Positions 63,603-64,000 of a DNA stretch of 64,000 bases are shown here, one piece after another. Under the pieces are notes generated by a model. That model had not been told where the DNA came from and ran no database searches. It was given only the letters and a program-made list of their open reading frames with translations. The stretch lies in NCBI GenBank assembly GCA_964188305.1, contig OZ076889.1; one strand, written 5' to 3'. This DNA is from Podarcis bocagei (taxonomy: Eukaryota). The position numbers were made by a program, and so were the translations under genes. The stretch's first letter is position 1; every line of letters begins with the position of its first letter.

Positions 63603-63648
<46 letters not shown>
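63603..63648. repeat. (TAA)n microsatellite forming the L2 tail
   Basis: Read directly; abuts the L2 3' end. Confidence 0.92.
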
Positions 63649-64000
63649 TTATTATTTATACCCCGCCCATCTGGCTGGGCCTCCCCAGCCACTCTGGGCG
63701 GCTTCCATAAAAACCAAAAATACAGTAAAATGTCACACGTTAAAAACTTCCCTGAACAGGGCTGCCTTAAGATGTCTCCTGAATGTCAGATAGTTGTTTA
63801 TCGCTTTGACATCTGCTGGAAGGGTGTTCCACAGGGCGGGCGCCACTACCGAGAAGGCCCTCTGCCTGGTTCCCTGTAGCTTTGCTTCTCGCAGTGAGGG
63901 AACCGCCAGAAGGCCCTCGGCGCTGGACCTCAGCGTCCGGGCAGACTGATGGGGGTGGAGACGCTCCTTCAGGTATACTGGACCGAGGCCGTTTAGGGCT
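63649..64000 (-). mobile_element. Young L2 LINE 3' end with an uninterrupted ORF2 C-terminus, running off the window
   Basis: Minus frame 63999-63733 reads ALNGLGPVYLKERLHPHQSARTLRSSAEGLLAVPSLREAKLQGTRQRAFSVVAPALWNTLPADVKAINNYLTFRRHLKAALFREVFNV*, typical of an L2 ORF2 end; CpG-rich. Confidence 0.92.

Larger units (their letters stand above)
57380..64000 (+). other. NFIA: 5' portion of NFIA intron 3 (inferred)
   Basis: Follows the GTAAGT donor. The next expected exon (GHLGFQDSFVTSG...) was not seen before the window end. Confidence 0.8.

Overview
AT-rich, CpG-depleted vertebrate DNA from a squamate, most likely a lacertid lizard, judging by its repeats (Sauria SINEs, BovB/RTE, lizard L2/CR1, Tigger-like MITEs, Penelope-derived fragments). 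The only host coding sequence I can support is one 66-bp phase 1-1 exon at 57314-57379 (+), encoding (D)[21 protein letters not shown](G). I recognise it from memory as exon 3 of nuclear factor I A (NFIA). By inference, about 57 kb of the window is the 3' part of the very large NFIA intron 2 and the last about 6.6 kb is intron 3. Everything else is intronic: 10 TA-type Tigger/pogo-like MITEs in three internal families, 4 Sauria SINEs in two subfamilies, a BovB 3' fragment, young and old L2 fragments, CR1 and hAT remnants, microsatellites and a 140-N gap. Apart from LINE peptide remnants, the ORF-track entries look spurious. I found no convincing new multi-gene system. The most notable items are (i) two short inverted Penelope-like insertions, one keeping a complete minimal hammerhead-ribozyme core, (ii) an 811-bp MITE built almost entirely from tandem GC-rich hairpins, (iii) a Sauria SINE with a perfect 58-bp flanking duplication, (iv) a ~25-kb stretch free of young insertions and (v) motif-dense candidate NFIA enhancers. 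Family names come from recalled consensus features, not database searches.
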